A DNA stretch of 64,000 nt from an uncultured Acidobacteriota bacterium (GCA_963695655.1 CAVOHG010000008.1:13380-77379); one strand, 5' to 3'; positions 23,024 through 33,277 are shown, numbered from the stretch's first letter. Numbers and translations: made by a program. Notes: generated by a model not told the origin, from the sequence alone.

Positions 23024-23400
23024 CTACCGCGCAATCGCCACCTGCACGTTCGCGGCATACCCGGCGGCCGGGTCCCCGGTCGGTATGACCAGCTCTGACG
23101 ACAGGCTGTCGGCGAAGATTCCGTCCGATGCATTGGCCATCGGGTTCGTTCCCCGTGCGGCGTAGACGCCGGAACCGTACACGGTGTTGTTGACGCTCTC
23201 CGGAAACGCAATCTGCGTCACCTTTCGCGACGTCCCGCCGATTGTCACCTCGATATGGATGTGCGTCGCCCGTCCCTGATACCACCCGGGAAAGATCGTG
23301 GTGAACGACACATCACCGCTGCCGTTCGTCGTCTGAATGCCGCGGAGGAAGTTCTGCGTCGTCTGCGAGCCGTACTCCGAGTGGCATCCATGTTCCTGGT
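23024..23400 (-). pseudogene. 5'-truncated intradiol ring-cleavage dioxygenase-like gene (C-terminal ~125 codons only)
   Basis: The in-frame minus reading ..HGCHSEYGSQTTQNFLRGIQTTNGSGDVSFTTIFPGWYQGRATHIHIEV.. matches the C-terminal half of the family. I found no N-terminal half, signal peptide or start. The reading frame runs straight into the tandem array at 23404. Confidence 0.6.
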
Positions 23401-23403
23401 TCT

Positions 23404-23645
23404 CTGTTCGTCGGTTCCCTCTGCGTTCGTAGCTTCCGCCTGCGTTCGTAGCGTTCCGCCTGCGTTCGTAGCTTCCGCCTGCGTTCGTAGGTTCGGCCCG
23501 CGTTTGTGGCTTCGCGCCCGCGTTCGTAGCTTCCGCCCCGCGTTTGTAGCTTCCGCCCCGCGTTCGTAGCTTCCGCCCCGCGTTCGTAGCTTCCGCCTTT
23601 AGGCGGAAGAAGCCTGCGTTTCGTAGCTTCCGCCTTCAGCGGAAG
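23404..23645. repeat. tandem array of about 11 units of 19-20 bp (consensus CYGCGTTCGTAGCTTCCGCC) ending in two hairpin elements
   Basis: Units read ctgcgttcgtagcttccgc / ctgcgttcgtagcgttccgc / .. / ccgcgttcgtagcttccgcc x3, then gtagCTTCCGCCtttaGGCGGAAG and gtagCTTCCGCCttcaGCGGAAG. Confidence 0.9.
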
Positions 23646-23807
23646 AAGGATCCCCCTGCGCGCGGAAGAAGGATCCGCCGGTGACTTTCCCGATTGGACG
23701 GGGAAGATGTGGCGACAAGGTGACGGAGTTGTGAACACCTTCCCGCCTCAGGCGAGAGGCCGTGACGTTGCGGTTCGGCAGGCGCGAAAGTAGACTCGTC
23801 ACGAAAG

Positions 23808-24203
23808 GTGGGAATGCTTATGAATGTCCGGCTTTGGTTTGCAGCGCTCGCACTGGCGGTCATGACGGGATCTGTCGGCCGCGCCGCCGCAACCGACATT
23901 TCAGGTACGTGGACGGCATCGTTCGACACGCAGATCGGTCGCCAGAACTACACCTACGACTTCACGGTCAAGGACTCGACGCTCACCGGGAAGGCCAAGT
24001 CGGACAATGGAGAGACCGAGCTGACCGACGGCAAGGTGGACGGCGACACGGTGAGCTTCGTCGAGATGCTGAACTTCCAGGGCACGGCGATCCGCATTCA
24101 ATACACCGGAAAGATCACCTCGGCGGACGAGATCAAGTTCACGCGCCAGGTCGCGGACTTTGCGACCGAGGAACTGGTCGCGACCCGAGTGAAGGCGAAG
24201 TAG
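23808..24203 (+). CDS. small secreted hypothetical protein (beta-rich; SGTW..TYDFTVKDSTLTGKA..GKVDGDTVSF..YTGKI pattern)
   Basis: 131-aa intact ORF with a signal peptide (NVRLWFAALALAVMTGSVGRAAA). The start may instead be at one of the two in-frame ATG codons a few codons downstream. Confidence 0.6.
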   Translation: MGMLMNVRLWFAALALAVMTGSVGRAAATDISGTWTASFDTQIGRQNYTYDFTVKDSTLTGKAKSDNGETELTDGKVDGDTVSFVEMLNFQGTAIRIQYTGKITSADEIKFTRQVADFATEELVATRVKAK

Positions 24204-24208
24204 CCCTC

Positions 24209-24263
24209 CACGTGCTACGGGCCACGTGCTACGTGCAACGTTCAACACGTGCAACGTGCAACT
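24209..24263. repeat. tandem heptanucleotide array with constant ACGT core (ACGTGCT/ACGTGCA), contains CACGTG palindromes
   Basis: Sequence reads ccacgtgctacgggccacgtgctacgtgcaacgttcaacacgtgcaacgtgcaact. Confidence 0.85.
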
Positions 24264-24284
24264 GGACACAGTAGCCAGCTTCCG

Positions 24285-25445
24285 ATGCACGCTCCGACAT
24301 TGCAACCAAAGCGTCTCGTGGCGCCGCTTGCCGCCCTCGCCTTCGTCAGCCTGGGTCTGCCCGACGGACTGCTCGGCGTCGCGTGGCCGTCGATGCGCGT
24401 GTTTTTCGGCGTCGACCTGCAGGCGCTTGGCGGGCTGCTGGTGGCGACAACGGCCGGCTACGTCGCTTCGAGTTTCTCGAGCGGACGACTTCTTCGCCAC
24501 TTGAACCTCGGTACGGTGCTCGCCGCCAGCTGCCTGCTGACTGCGAGCGGCCTCCTCGGGTACGCCGCGGCCTCACACTGGCCGGTGGTGCTGGCGCTCG
24601 GTGTCCTGCTCGGCGTCGGCGCCGGCGCCATCGACGCCGCGCTGAATACGTATGTCGCCACGCACCACGGCGCTCGCACGCTGAACTGGCTCCACGCCTG
24701 CTTCGGGGTCGGTGCCGCCTCCGGTCCGCTGATGATGACGGCGGTGCTCCAGCGTGGCTCGACGTGGCAGCGCGGGTATGTGATTGTCGGCGTCGCGCAG
24801 ATTGCGCTCGCGACCTGCTTTGCGCTGACGTTCCGCGCCTGGCCGCGAAGCGACGGATTGGCGCCTTCGGCAGATCGCAGCGCCGGTGCAACGATGGGCG
24901 AGACGCTGCGCGTGCCGGCCGCGTGGCTCGGGATGGCGGTGTTCGTCGCATACGCCGGCGTCGAAGCGTCGATCGGTGCGTGGACGTTCACACTGCTGAC
25001 CGTGGGCCGCCACATCGACATCGTCGAGGCGGGACTTCTCGCCAGTCTGTACTGGGGTGGAATCACGGCCGGGCGACTGCTCGCCGCAGTCGGCGGCGGC
25101 GTCGTGCCTGTGCGCGTCCTGCTGACCGGCGCGGTGTTCGCAGTCGTCGTCGGGGCTGGACTGGTGTGGGCGAACCTGTCCGCCGGGCTGACCGCAGCGG
25201 GCCTCCTGCTCGCGGGCGTCGCGTGCGGCCCGATCTTTCCATCGCTGATTGCCGTGACACCGGCGCGAGTCGGGCTCGCGCACGCCGCAAACGCCGTCGG
25301 CTTCCAGATTGCGGCGTCCGCCCTCGGACTCTCGGTCGTGCCCGGACTCGTCGGAGTGGCCGGGGCCAGGTTTGGAGTGGAGGCGATCGCGCGGCTGATT
25401 CTCCTTCTCGCAGCTGCTGCTCGCGGTCGTCTACCAGCTGCTTGA
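24285..25445 (+). CDS. MFS transporter
   Basis: About 12 hydrophobic segments: ..LAFVSLGLPDGLLGVAWPSM..GRLLRHLNLGTVLA..GAGAIDAALNTYVA..ACGPIFPSLIAVTP. Confidence 0.75.
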   Translation: MHAPTLQPKRLVAPLAALAFVSLGLPDGLLGVAWPSMRVFFGVDLQALGGLLVATTAGYVASSFSSGRLLRHLNLGTVLAASCLLTASGLLGYAAASHWPVVLALGVLLGVGAGAIDAALNTYVATHHGARTLNWLHACFGVGAASGPLMMTAVLQRGSTWQRGYVIVGVAQIALATCFALTFRAWPRSDGLAPSADRSAGATMGETLRVPAAWLGMAVFVAYAGVEASIGAWTFTLLTVGRHIDIVEAGLLASLYWGGITAGRLLAAVGGGVVPVRVLLTGAVFAVVVGAGLVWANLSAGLTAAGLLLAGVACGPIFPSLIAVTPARVGLAHAANAVGFQIAASALGLSVVPGLVGVAGARFGVEAIARLILLLAAAARGRLPAA

Positions 25446-25514
25446 TAGGACGGCGCCGGCAGTCGGCGCGAAGTAACCTCACCCGAGTCATCTGTAGCGC
25501 CGATCGCATCCGCT

Positions 25515-27094
25515 GTGCTTGACAGTGCGCGCGCGGCCCCCCACACTCGAATCCCTTCGTCTCCGTCATTTCAACCCCAAACGATCGGGTGCTTTCTGAA
25601 AGACCTCTGGTTCGCCCTCGTCCTGGGTCTCACTGTGGGCGGCATCATGCCGTCAGCGCAGTCGCCTGCTCGCACGGCCGATCGCAACCACACTGCCCGC
25701 GCGTTTCGTCAGGTACCTGGCGGAGAGTGGCACCGGCCGGGCGTTTCAGACCCGCATCGCTCTCACCAATCCGGGACCACGCGCCGCGCACATTCTCCTC
25801 ACGTTCTTGAAATCCGAAGGAGCGCCGGTACATAAGTCCCTTCAACTCGGCCCCACTTCGCGGACGACGATCTACCCGGAAACCATCGCCGGACTCAGCC
25901 GCGACCGAGTTCAGCACCACGATTGAGTCGGATGAACAGGTGCTCGTGGATCGAACCACGTCGCGGGATGGGCGGACTTACGCGAGTCACGCCGAAAGCA
26001 GTGTCCCGGCCGAGTCGAAGACCTGGTATTTCGCCGAAGGGGCGACGCACTCGGGCTCGAACCTGTTCTACGTGATTCAGAACCAGTCCGCGACAGCGGC
26101 GGACGTGGTGGTGCGGTATCTTCTCGACGTCCCACGAACACCGGTCTCGAAAACCTACAGCGTCCCGGCGATGGGCCGCCGCACCATCTGGGTGAACGCC
26201 GAGGCGCGCACGGATCCCGATCTCGGCGGGCTGGCCGCCGTCGATGTGTCTGCGGCGATGACGTCGACCGTGCCGGTCACCATCGAACGTCAGATGTTCG
26301 TCGATCACAACGGACAATCGTTTGCCGTCGGGCACGGCAGCCCGGGTGCGCCAGCAGCGGCGCCGGACTGGTTCTTCGCCGAAGGCGCCACCGGTTCGTT
26401 CTACGACATGTGGCTGTCGATTGCGAACCCTTCGCCAGCGGCGGCCACGATCCAGGCGGACTTCCGAATTCCATCGGGCGAGATCGTCTCGCGCCTCTAC
26501 ACCGTGCCGGCAAACGCGCGCACGGCCGTCATGGTCGACGACGTCGACCCTCGTCTGGCTGACAACGCCGTCAGCGCATCGCTGCGGTCGACGAACGGAG
26601 TCGCATTCGTGGCGGAGCGGTCGATGCGATGGGTGAGTGCCGCCTCTCCCGGAGGTCAGGAGACTCACACCAGCGCCGGCACGAGCGCAACGGCGACAGA
26701 GTGGGGCATCGCAGAAGGGGAAGTTGGCGGACCTGGCAACACCGATACGTTCCTGGCCATTTCGAACCGCTCCACCAGCGCGGCGACCGCGCGGATTACG
26801 CTGCTCTTCGAGGACGGCACAACCGCCGAGCGCGTGGTCGACGTACCGGCAGGCGGCCGCGCTCCCGTCAGCATCGCCCAGGAATTCCCCGCGGCTGACG
26901 GCAGGAAATTCGGGGTCGTCGTCTCCAGCCTCGGAGATCCGGCGACCGACCTCATGGTCGAATGGGCGATGTACTCGACAGCGAGCGGACCCGGATGGAT
27001 TCCGGCGACCAATGCGCTGGCACAGCCTCTGTCGGCGCCGTCCTCGACCACACGCGCAGCCGCAAGCGCTCCTATGATCGCCGGCGGCTCCTGA
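25515..27094 (+). CDS. secreted protein with four DUF5719-like repeats (W-[YF]-F-A-E-G-A-T modules), frameshifts near 25680 and 25900
   Basis: Signal-like LWFALVLGLTVGGIMPSAQSPA, then four repeats: RYLAESGTGRAFQTRIALTNPG, WYFAEGATHSGSNLFYVIQNQS, WFFAEGATGSFYDMWLSIANPS, WGIAEGEVGGPGNTDTFLAISNRS. It ends at TGA 27092..27094, in frame with the next ORF. Confidence 0.6.
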
Positions 27095-30000
27095 CTCCCG
27101 CCTCGCGGCGTCCGCCGCTCGACGTCGTCCGCCGAGGTCGTCTCCAGCGCTGATGGATCGGCCGTCGCGACAGTCGCGTCACAGGCGACGCCGGGCGCTG
27201 CGGCCTTCAACATCAAGGTCGTATCGAACGCATCTCCGGACCTGACCGATCTGCAGAGCCTGGTCGACAGCACGACGTCGCTGTGGGTCGAGAAACGCGA
27301 GAAGGTGTGGGCACTGTTCTACTGGAGCCACATCCTCAAACGGCAGACCACGCCAATCGTGCTCCACGGAACCGAACTGACCGATCCGATCCGCAACCTG
27401 ACCGACTACGGCTACACGATGTGCAGCACGGTCACCGGGATCAACCAGTCGCTGTACGAGGCCATCGGGCTCCGCCACCAGTACTGGGACATCTGTAACC
27501 ACACCGTCTCGGCGGTCGAGTACGACGGCAAGTTCCACATGGTCGACAGCTCGATGTCGAACCTGGTGACGAACGACGATGGCGTGACGCTGGCGACGGT
27601 GCAGGAGGCGGCTGCGGACTCGGCGCGGCTCGTCAAGGAACGCAGCTTGTACTGCGACCAGCCCGAACGGGTTCCTCACCGGCACCGATGCAATCCGCAA
27701 CCTTCCGGATGTTGTCAACCCGACCGACGGGTCGGTGACGGCCGGCTTTGCCGCCGATTTCTGTTCCGCGAGCCTGAAGTATCGGGACTACTACTACAAC
27801 TGGAACTCCGGCCACCGGTATGTCCTGAACCTGCGCGAGGACGAGACGTATACGCGGTATTACCGTCCGCTCGGCACGACGTCGGACTACTGGATCGCGA
27901 GCGAGAAGATTGCACTTCCGGATCCGGGACAGACGTTCCAGATCGATTCCACGAATCGATTCGGCATGCGCGGCAATGGCAGCTGGACCTTCACGCCGAA
28001 GCTGACGGTGGACGGCTGGGCCCGCGCCGCGTATCGATCGATCAACATCGTCGCTGACGGCGGTGGACTCCGGCCGGATGTCCCGGCACAGCCGTCCGAG
28101 GTGGTTTACAAGGTCCAGGCCGCGAACGTGATCGCGTCGCAGAAAATCGAGGCCCAGTTCGCGCGCTCGGATCCGCTGGCGACGGCAGCGCTGGCGGTCA
28201 GCGTGAATCACGGGACGACCTGGACCGACGTCGCGACGATCGGTGCGACAACCGGTTCGGCCGTGCCCGTCAACGCCGTCCTGCACAGCCGAGGTGACTG
28301 GCAGTTACGAGACGTTGCTGCGGGTCCGGATGGCGTCTGACGCCGCGACCCCTGACGGCGTCATCCTGACGGGCTTGACCGTCACGACGCTGACGCAGGT
28401 GAACATCAAGGCGCTTCCGCGGCTGAATCTCGGCAGGAACGAGATGTACGTGACGCTCGGCGATCAGTCCGACACGATGGTGCTGTGGCCGGATCTCCGC
28501 GCCGACCTGTGGAAGAAAGACGCGTACGACTCGCGCAACATCACGGCGCAGCCCGCCTCGGTGCCTCGCACATACACGGCAGTCGCCTATCCGGCGGTGC
28601 TCAACCAGGACGCGTACCTGACATACCGGATGGATGCACCGACCGATATCACCCGGTTCGTGTACGGCGGACGGCTGCACAACTACCAGACCGGGTCCTA
28701 CATCGACTATCTGCACTCGCTCGACGGCGGGGTCACCTGGACGCGGTCCTATCACTTCACCAGTGTCAGCAAGCCGTATGACGTCATTCACTACGAAACC
28801 GTCACCGGAATCCCGGCGGGCGTCAGAACGGTGCTCTTCAAGTACCTGATCCACAACACCAACACGACGGCAACGCGGGCGAGCGGGCTCTACTCGGTCC
28901 GGATGGAAGTCAATCATCGCCCGGCGAACGATACGCCGGCACCGCTGGACGTCACATTGCGCTGGAGCGAGGTCCGCGCCGATCGCACCACCGTGGCGCG
29001 AAGCCATCACCAGAGGATCACCGAGTTCCCGTCCAAGTACGTCGTGAATGTCGGCGGCAGCGATCATCCCGTCATGGACTCGCTCTCGGTGAAACTTGCG
29101 CAGCGCCGATGATCAGACACCGGATGGTTACGGTGACGGCGTCGACCCGGGCGGCGAGCGATATCTCTACCGGAAGCAGACCGTCGGCACCAACTTCGCC
29201 CTCAAGCAGCCGTACACGTTCTCGCGGGCGCCATCCGGCTTCCAGTCGTCGGCGCCGGCGACGAACACCACCATTCTGACGGACGGCGTCGTCGGATCGC
29301 CGGTGACCGGGAGCTTCGCGTACTGGCTCGGGCAGTGCTGGTCGTCCGGGGCGAACGTCGACCTTCGCGTCGACCTCGGCCAGCTGCGAACAACGGGGGC
29401 CTTCCGCGCTCATCTCTTCGGCTCTCCGGGATGGGACGCGCTCAAGGGGCAGGTCCTCGATCGAATCGAAGTCCTCACGTCGCCTGACGGCGTCGCGTAC
29501 ACCAGCCGGGGACTCCTGGGAACGTCGCTGTGGAAGAAGGACATTCCGATCAACTACATGCTGCCGGACGACGAGAAGGCGACGGCATGGAACTTCGAGC
29601 TCGTGCTGCCGGTGCCCGTCGAGGCCCGGTACGTCACGTATCACATCACGCCCAAGCGGATCCTCTGCGCGAGCGAGTTGCAGGTCCTCGATCGCATCGG
29701 CTACGACCCGTTCGACATCCGGATTGCACCGCCATCGCCGTTTACCGCACCGCCGATTGAACCGGTGAACGCATCGCCGTCCGTGACCTTGACGAGCCCG
29801 GGCGCGGCGGACACGTTCGTGGCGCCTGCGACCGTGGCGGTCACGGCGGCGGCGCAGGATTCCGACGGCACGATTCAGCAGGTGGAGTTCTTCTCCGGAT
29901 CGAACTCGATCGGGATCGCGACCTCGAGCCCGTTCACCGTCACGATGTCGAATGTTCCGTCGGGGCAGTACGTGCTGATTGCGCGGGCCACCGACGACGC

Positions 30001-31833
30001 CGGGGCGCAGACGACATCGCAGCCGGTGGTCATCACCGTCACGTCGGTGGGCGATGTCGCCGTCCCCGCCGTTGTCGGTCTGACGCAGGCGGACGCAAGC
30101 GCGGCAATCGCAGCGGCCGGGCTCGCCGTCGGCACGGTGTCGAGTGCGAACAGCGGATCTGTGGCGGCGGGGAGGATCATCAGCGAGAGTCCGGTCGCCG
30201 GAGCCATGGTGGCCGCCGGCAGTTCCGTCGCGCTGGTCGTGTCGCTCGGTCCTGCAGGCGTGACCGTTCCGAACGTCGTCGGACAGACACAAGCGTCGGC
30301 GACCGCGGCACTCACAGGCGCTGGACTGACCGCTAGGTGCTGTCTCGACCGCGACGAGCACCACGATCGCAAGTGGCAGTGTCATCAGCCAGACGCCGGC
30401 AGCGGGCACGAGTGTGGCGTCTGGGACCAGCGTCGCACTGGTCGTGTCGCTCGGGCCACCGGTCACGCTGCCGACCCCGTGGTTGTCGCAGGACATCGGG
30501 GCAGTCGGTCGAGCGGGTACTGCGAGCTTTGCGAACGCGACCGGAACGTACTCGGTGACCGGCGCCGGGGCCGACATCTGGGGCACTGCCGATGCGTTCA
30601 GGTTCGTCTACCAGCCGTTCTCGGGCGACGGCCAGATCGTCGCGCGCGTGGCGTCGGTCCAGAATACGAATGCATGGGTCAAGGCCGGCGTCATGATCCG
30701 TGGCGACCTCACGCCAGGGTCGGCCCAGGCGATGATGATGGTCACTCCCGGGAAGGGCAACAACTTCCAGCGCCGACTCACGAATGGCGGCGTGTCGACG
30801 GGCACGGCGGGAGCTCTTGTCACGGCGCCGTACTGGGTGAAGCTGACCCGTGCCGGCAACACGGTCACCGCGTCTCAGTCAGCAGATGGCGCAACCTGGT
30901 CAACCGTGGGTACGGCGACGATGACGATGGGCGCGGACGCCCTGGTCGGGCTTGCGGTCTCGAGTCATTCCACAACCGTGGTTGCAACGGCGACGTTCGA
31001 TCAGGTGTCCGTCAGCGCTGGACCTCCGCCGGTAGACCCGCCTCCCGTCGTGGGAGTCACCGTGCCGAACGTCGTGGGTCAGCCGCAAGCGGATGCGGTC
31101 GCGGCACTCGTGGGCGCCGGCCTGTCCGCGGGAGCGGTGACGACGGCCACCAGCACGACCGTCGGGGCTGGAAGGGTGATCAGCCAGAACCCGCCGGCGG
31201 CGACCGTGGTCGCGCCCGGAGCGTCCGTGTCGCTGGTTGTGTCGAGCGGTTCCGGGACCGTGCCCGATCCGGGTCTGCCTGCACCCTGGCTGACACAGGA
31301 CGTTGGTACTGTAGGTCTCGCCGGGTCCGCGACATTCCAGGCGGGCACCGGCACCTATTCGGTGACCGGTGCGGGCGCGGACATCTGGGGAACGGCCGAT
31401 GCGTTTCGCTTCGTGTATCAGCCCCTCTCCGGCGACGGACAGATCGTGGCGCGCGTCGCCACGGTTCAGAACACGAATGCGTGGGTCAAGGCCGGGGTCA
31501 TGATCCGCACCGCTCTCACCTCCGATTCGGCGCAGGCGATGATGATGGTCACGCCCGGAAAAGGGAACAATTTCCAGCGTCGAAGCGCCGCCGGGGGAGT
31601 GTCCACGAGTACCGCCGGCGCCCTTGGTGACGGCGCCGTATTGGGTGAAGCTGACGCGGGCCGGCACGACAATCACCGCGTATCAGTCAGCCGACGGCGT
31701 TACCTGGTCACTCGTTGGTACCGCAACTGTTGCGCTGCCGACGCAGGTACTCGTCGGCCTGGCCGTGTCGAGCCACTCGACCACGACCCGCGCGACGGCC
31801 ACCTTCGATCAGGTATCGATCAACTTCCCATAA
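27095..31833 (+). CDS. giant multidomain secreted protein: transglutaminase-like Cys-His-Asp core, beta-rich region, F5/8-type-C-like domain, Ig-like domain, 3 PASTA domains, 2 ConA-like (DUF1349-type) modules; frameshifts near 27663, 28285, 29102, 30335, 31625; no start codon or signal peptide of its own
   Basis: TGase-like core: GYTMCSTVTG...CNHTVSAVEYDGKFHMVDSS. PASTA: VAVPAVVGLTQADASAAIAAAGLAVGTVSS..GRIISESPVAGAMVAAGSSVALVVSLG, plus two more. ConA-like x2: WLSQDIGAVG..YSVTGAGADIWGTADAFRFVYQP..NAWVKAGVMIR..YWVKLTRAGNTVTASQSADGATWS. Confidence 0.7.
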
Positions 31834-31883
31834 CGGCGGCCTGTCTTTTGCTCTGGCCCGAAGCGCTGCGTCAAAGGAGGGCC

Positions 31884-32183
31884 ATGGCTGACCACGAGGA
31901 TATCGATCCGTTGACCGCCTGCATGGAGACGGTGCAACGCCTTGAGGAAGAAAATGACCATCTTCGGAAAGCCGCCGGGGCTTTTGGTCAACTTGCGGAA
32001 CGGTTGAATCACACTCTCCAGGAGGAGCGACGGAACGGCGCGGATCGCCGCCATGCCGCCGCATCGCCGACGACCGCCGCGGCCCGAGCCGCTGACAACA
32101 AGGGCGCTGCCCGAACGCTCGAGCAACGGCGCACCACATCCAGCTCACACCGGGAGGCCGGCCATCCGGCCTCCGCATGCTGA
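31884..32183 (+). CDS. small hypothetical coiled-coil protein
   Basis: AAGGAGG lies 3 nt before the ATG. The product reads MADHEDIDPLTACMETVQRLEEENDHLRKAAGAFGQLAERLNHTLQEERRNGADRR. The C-terminal half is low-complexity. Confidence 0.5.
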   Translation: MADHEDIDPLTACMETVQRLEEENDHLRKAAGAFGQLAERLNHTLQEERRNGADRRHAAASPTTAAARAADNKGAARTLEQRRTTSSSHREAGHPASAC

Positions 32184-32251
32184 AGTTACAATCTTGTCCT
32201 GAGGTCCCGGGAACGCCCGGGCCACGTCTGCTTGACGTAAGGATCAACCAC

Positions 32252-33277
32252 ATGCACTGCGTGCGCTGGGGAATCATCGGCTGTGGCGACGTCACCGAAG
32301 TGAAGAGCGGGCCCGGCTTCCAGAAGGCGGACGGCTCCGCGCTCGTTGCGGTCATGCGCCGCGACGGCGCCAGGGCGCGAGACTATGCGCGGCGCCACGG
32401 CGTCCCGCGCGCCTACGACCGCGCCGACCACTTGATTGCCGACCAGGAAGTTGACGCCGTCTACATTGCCACGCCCCCCTCGAGCCATCGTGACCTTGCG
32501 ATCAGGGTCGCCGAGGCGGGGAAGCCGTGCCTGGTCGAAAAACCGATGGCGGCTACCCACGCCGAATGTCTCGAGATGGTCGACGCATTCCGCGAGCGCG
32601 GCGTCCCCTTGTGGGTGGCGTACTACCGCCGGGCGCTGCCGCGATTTCTGCGCGTCCGCGACCTGTTGCAGAACGGCGCGATCGGTCGCGTCACGTCGGT
32701 GCATGTCGAGGTGACCGCGCCGCTGATGACTGGCGAAGCCATCTGGCGCCTGGATCCGGCGATTGCCGGTGGCGGCCTGTTCTTCGACCTTGGCTCGCAC
32801 TGCGTTGACCTGATCGACTTCCTCTGCGGGCCGATGACGAGCGTCGCTGGTTTCGCGCTGAATACCGGAGGCGCCTACGCGGTCGAGGACGTCACCGCCG
32901 CAGCGTTCACCAGCGCGAACACGATTGCCGGGACCGGCATCTGGAACTTCAATGCCGCCGCCAAGACCGACGTGATGACGTTCGTCGGCTCCGAAGGGAC
33001 GCTCCGCACGCCGATCTTCAGCGATACGGATGTGGTCGTCAGCGCGCGGTACCGACAACCGCGTGTACGACATCCGGAACCCGGCCGCACGTGCACCAGC
33101 CACTCGATCCAGTCAATCGTGAACGAGCTGCGCGGCGAGGGACGCTGCGAGTCGACGGCCGAGAGCGGCGCGCGGGCGTCGTCGGTGCTCGAGCAGTGTG
33201 TCGCGGGTTATTACGGCACTCGTCGCCTGTCTGCGGCAGCGACGGCAAGAGGTGGGCATGCACCAGGTCAAGGATAA
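32252..33277 (+). CDS. Gfo/Idh/MocA-family NAD(P)-dependent oxidoreductase; cluster of three indels at 33045..33110
   Basis: MHCVRWGIIGCGDVTEVKSGPGF..VDAVYIATPPSSHRDLAIRVAEAGKPCLVEKPMA..GGLFFDLGSHCVDLIDF, and a tail IQSIVNELRGEGRCESTAESGAR. Confidence 0.85.
   Translation: MHCVRWGIIGCGDVTEVKSGPGFQKADGSALVAVMRRDGARARDYARRHGVPRAYDRADHLIADQEVDAVYIATPPSSHRDLAIRVAEAGKPCLVEKPMAATHAECLEMVDAFRERGVPLWVAYYRRALPRFLRVRDLLQNGAIGRVTSVHVEVTAPLMTGEAIWRLDPAIAGGGLFFDLGSHCVDLIDFLCGPMTSVAGFALNTGGAYAVEDVTAAAFTSANTIAGTGIWNFNAAAKTDVMTFVGSEGTLRTPIFSDTDVVVSARYRQPRVRHPEPGRTCTSHSIQSIVNELRGEGRCESTAESGARASSVLEQCVAGYYGTRRLSAAATARGGHAPGQG

Noticed and set aside
23404-23645. Possible CRISPR array (regular ~20-bp repeats).
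   Set aside because: The units are directly adjacent with no unique spacers, the period is far too short, and no cas genes are present.
25518-25550. A TTGACA-containing sequence upstream of the DUF5719-like gene as a sigma-70 promoter.
   Set aside because: I saw no convincing -10 element at the right spacing, and the site lies inside the maximal ORF. The evidence is too weak to report.
27092-27130. Selenocysteine at the 27092 TGA.
   Set aside because: The TGA lies in a low-complexity linker with no redox motif or Cys-homologue argument. The downstream hairpin has only a 4-nt loop and is unremarkable for this GC content. It is kept only as an unexplained in-frame stop.
30470-31833. The duplicated module as a diversity-generating retroelement TR/VR pair.
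   Set aside because: Differences between the copies are spread over all four bases and are mostly synonymous, not adenine-specific. No reverse transcriptase is nearby.
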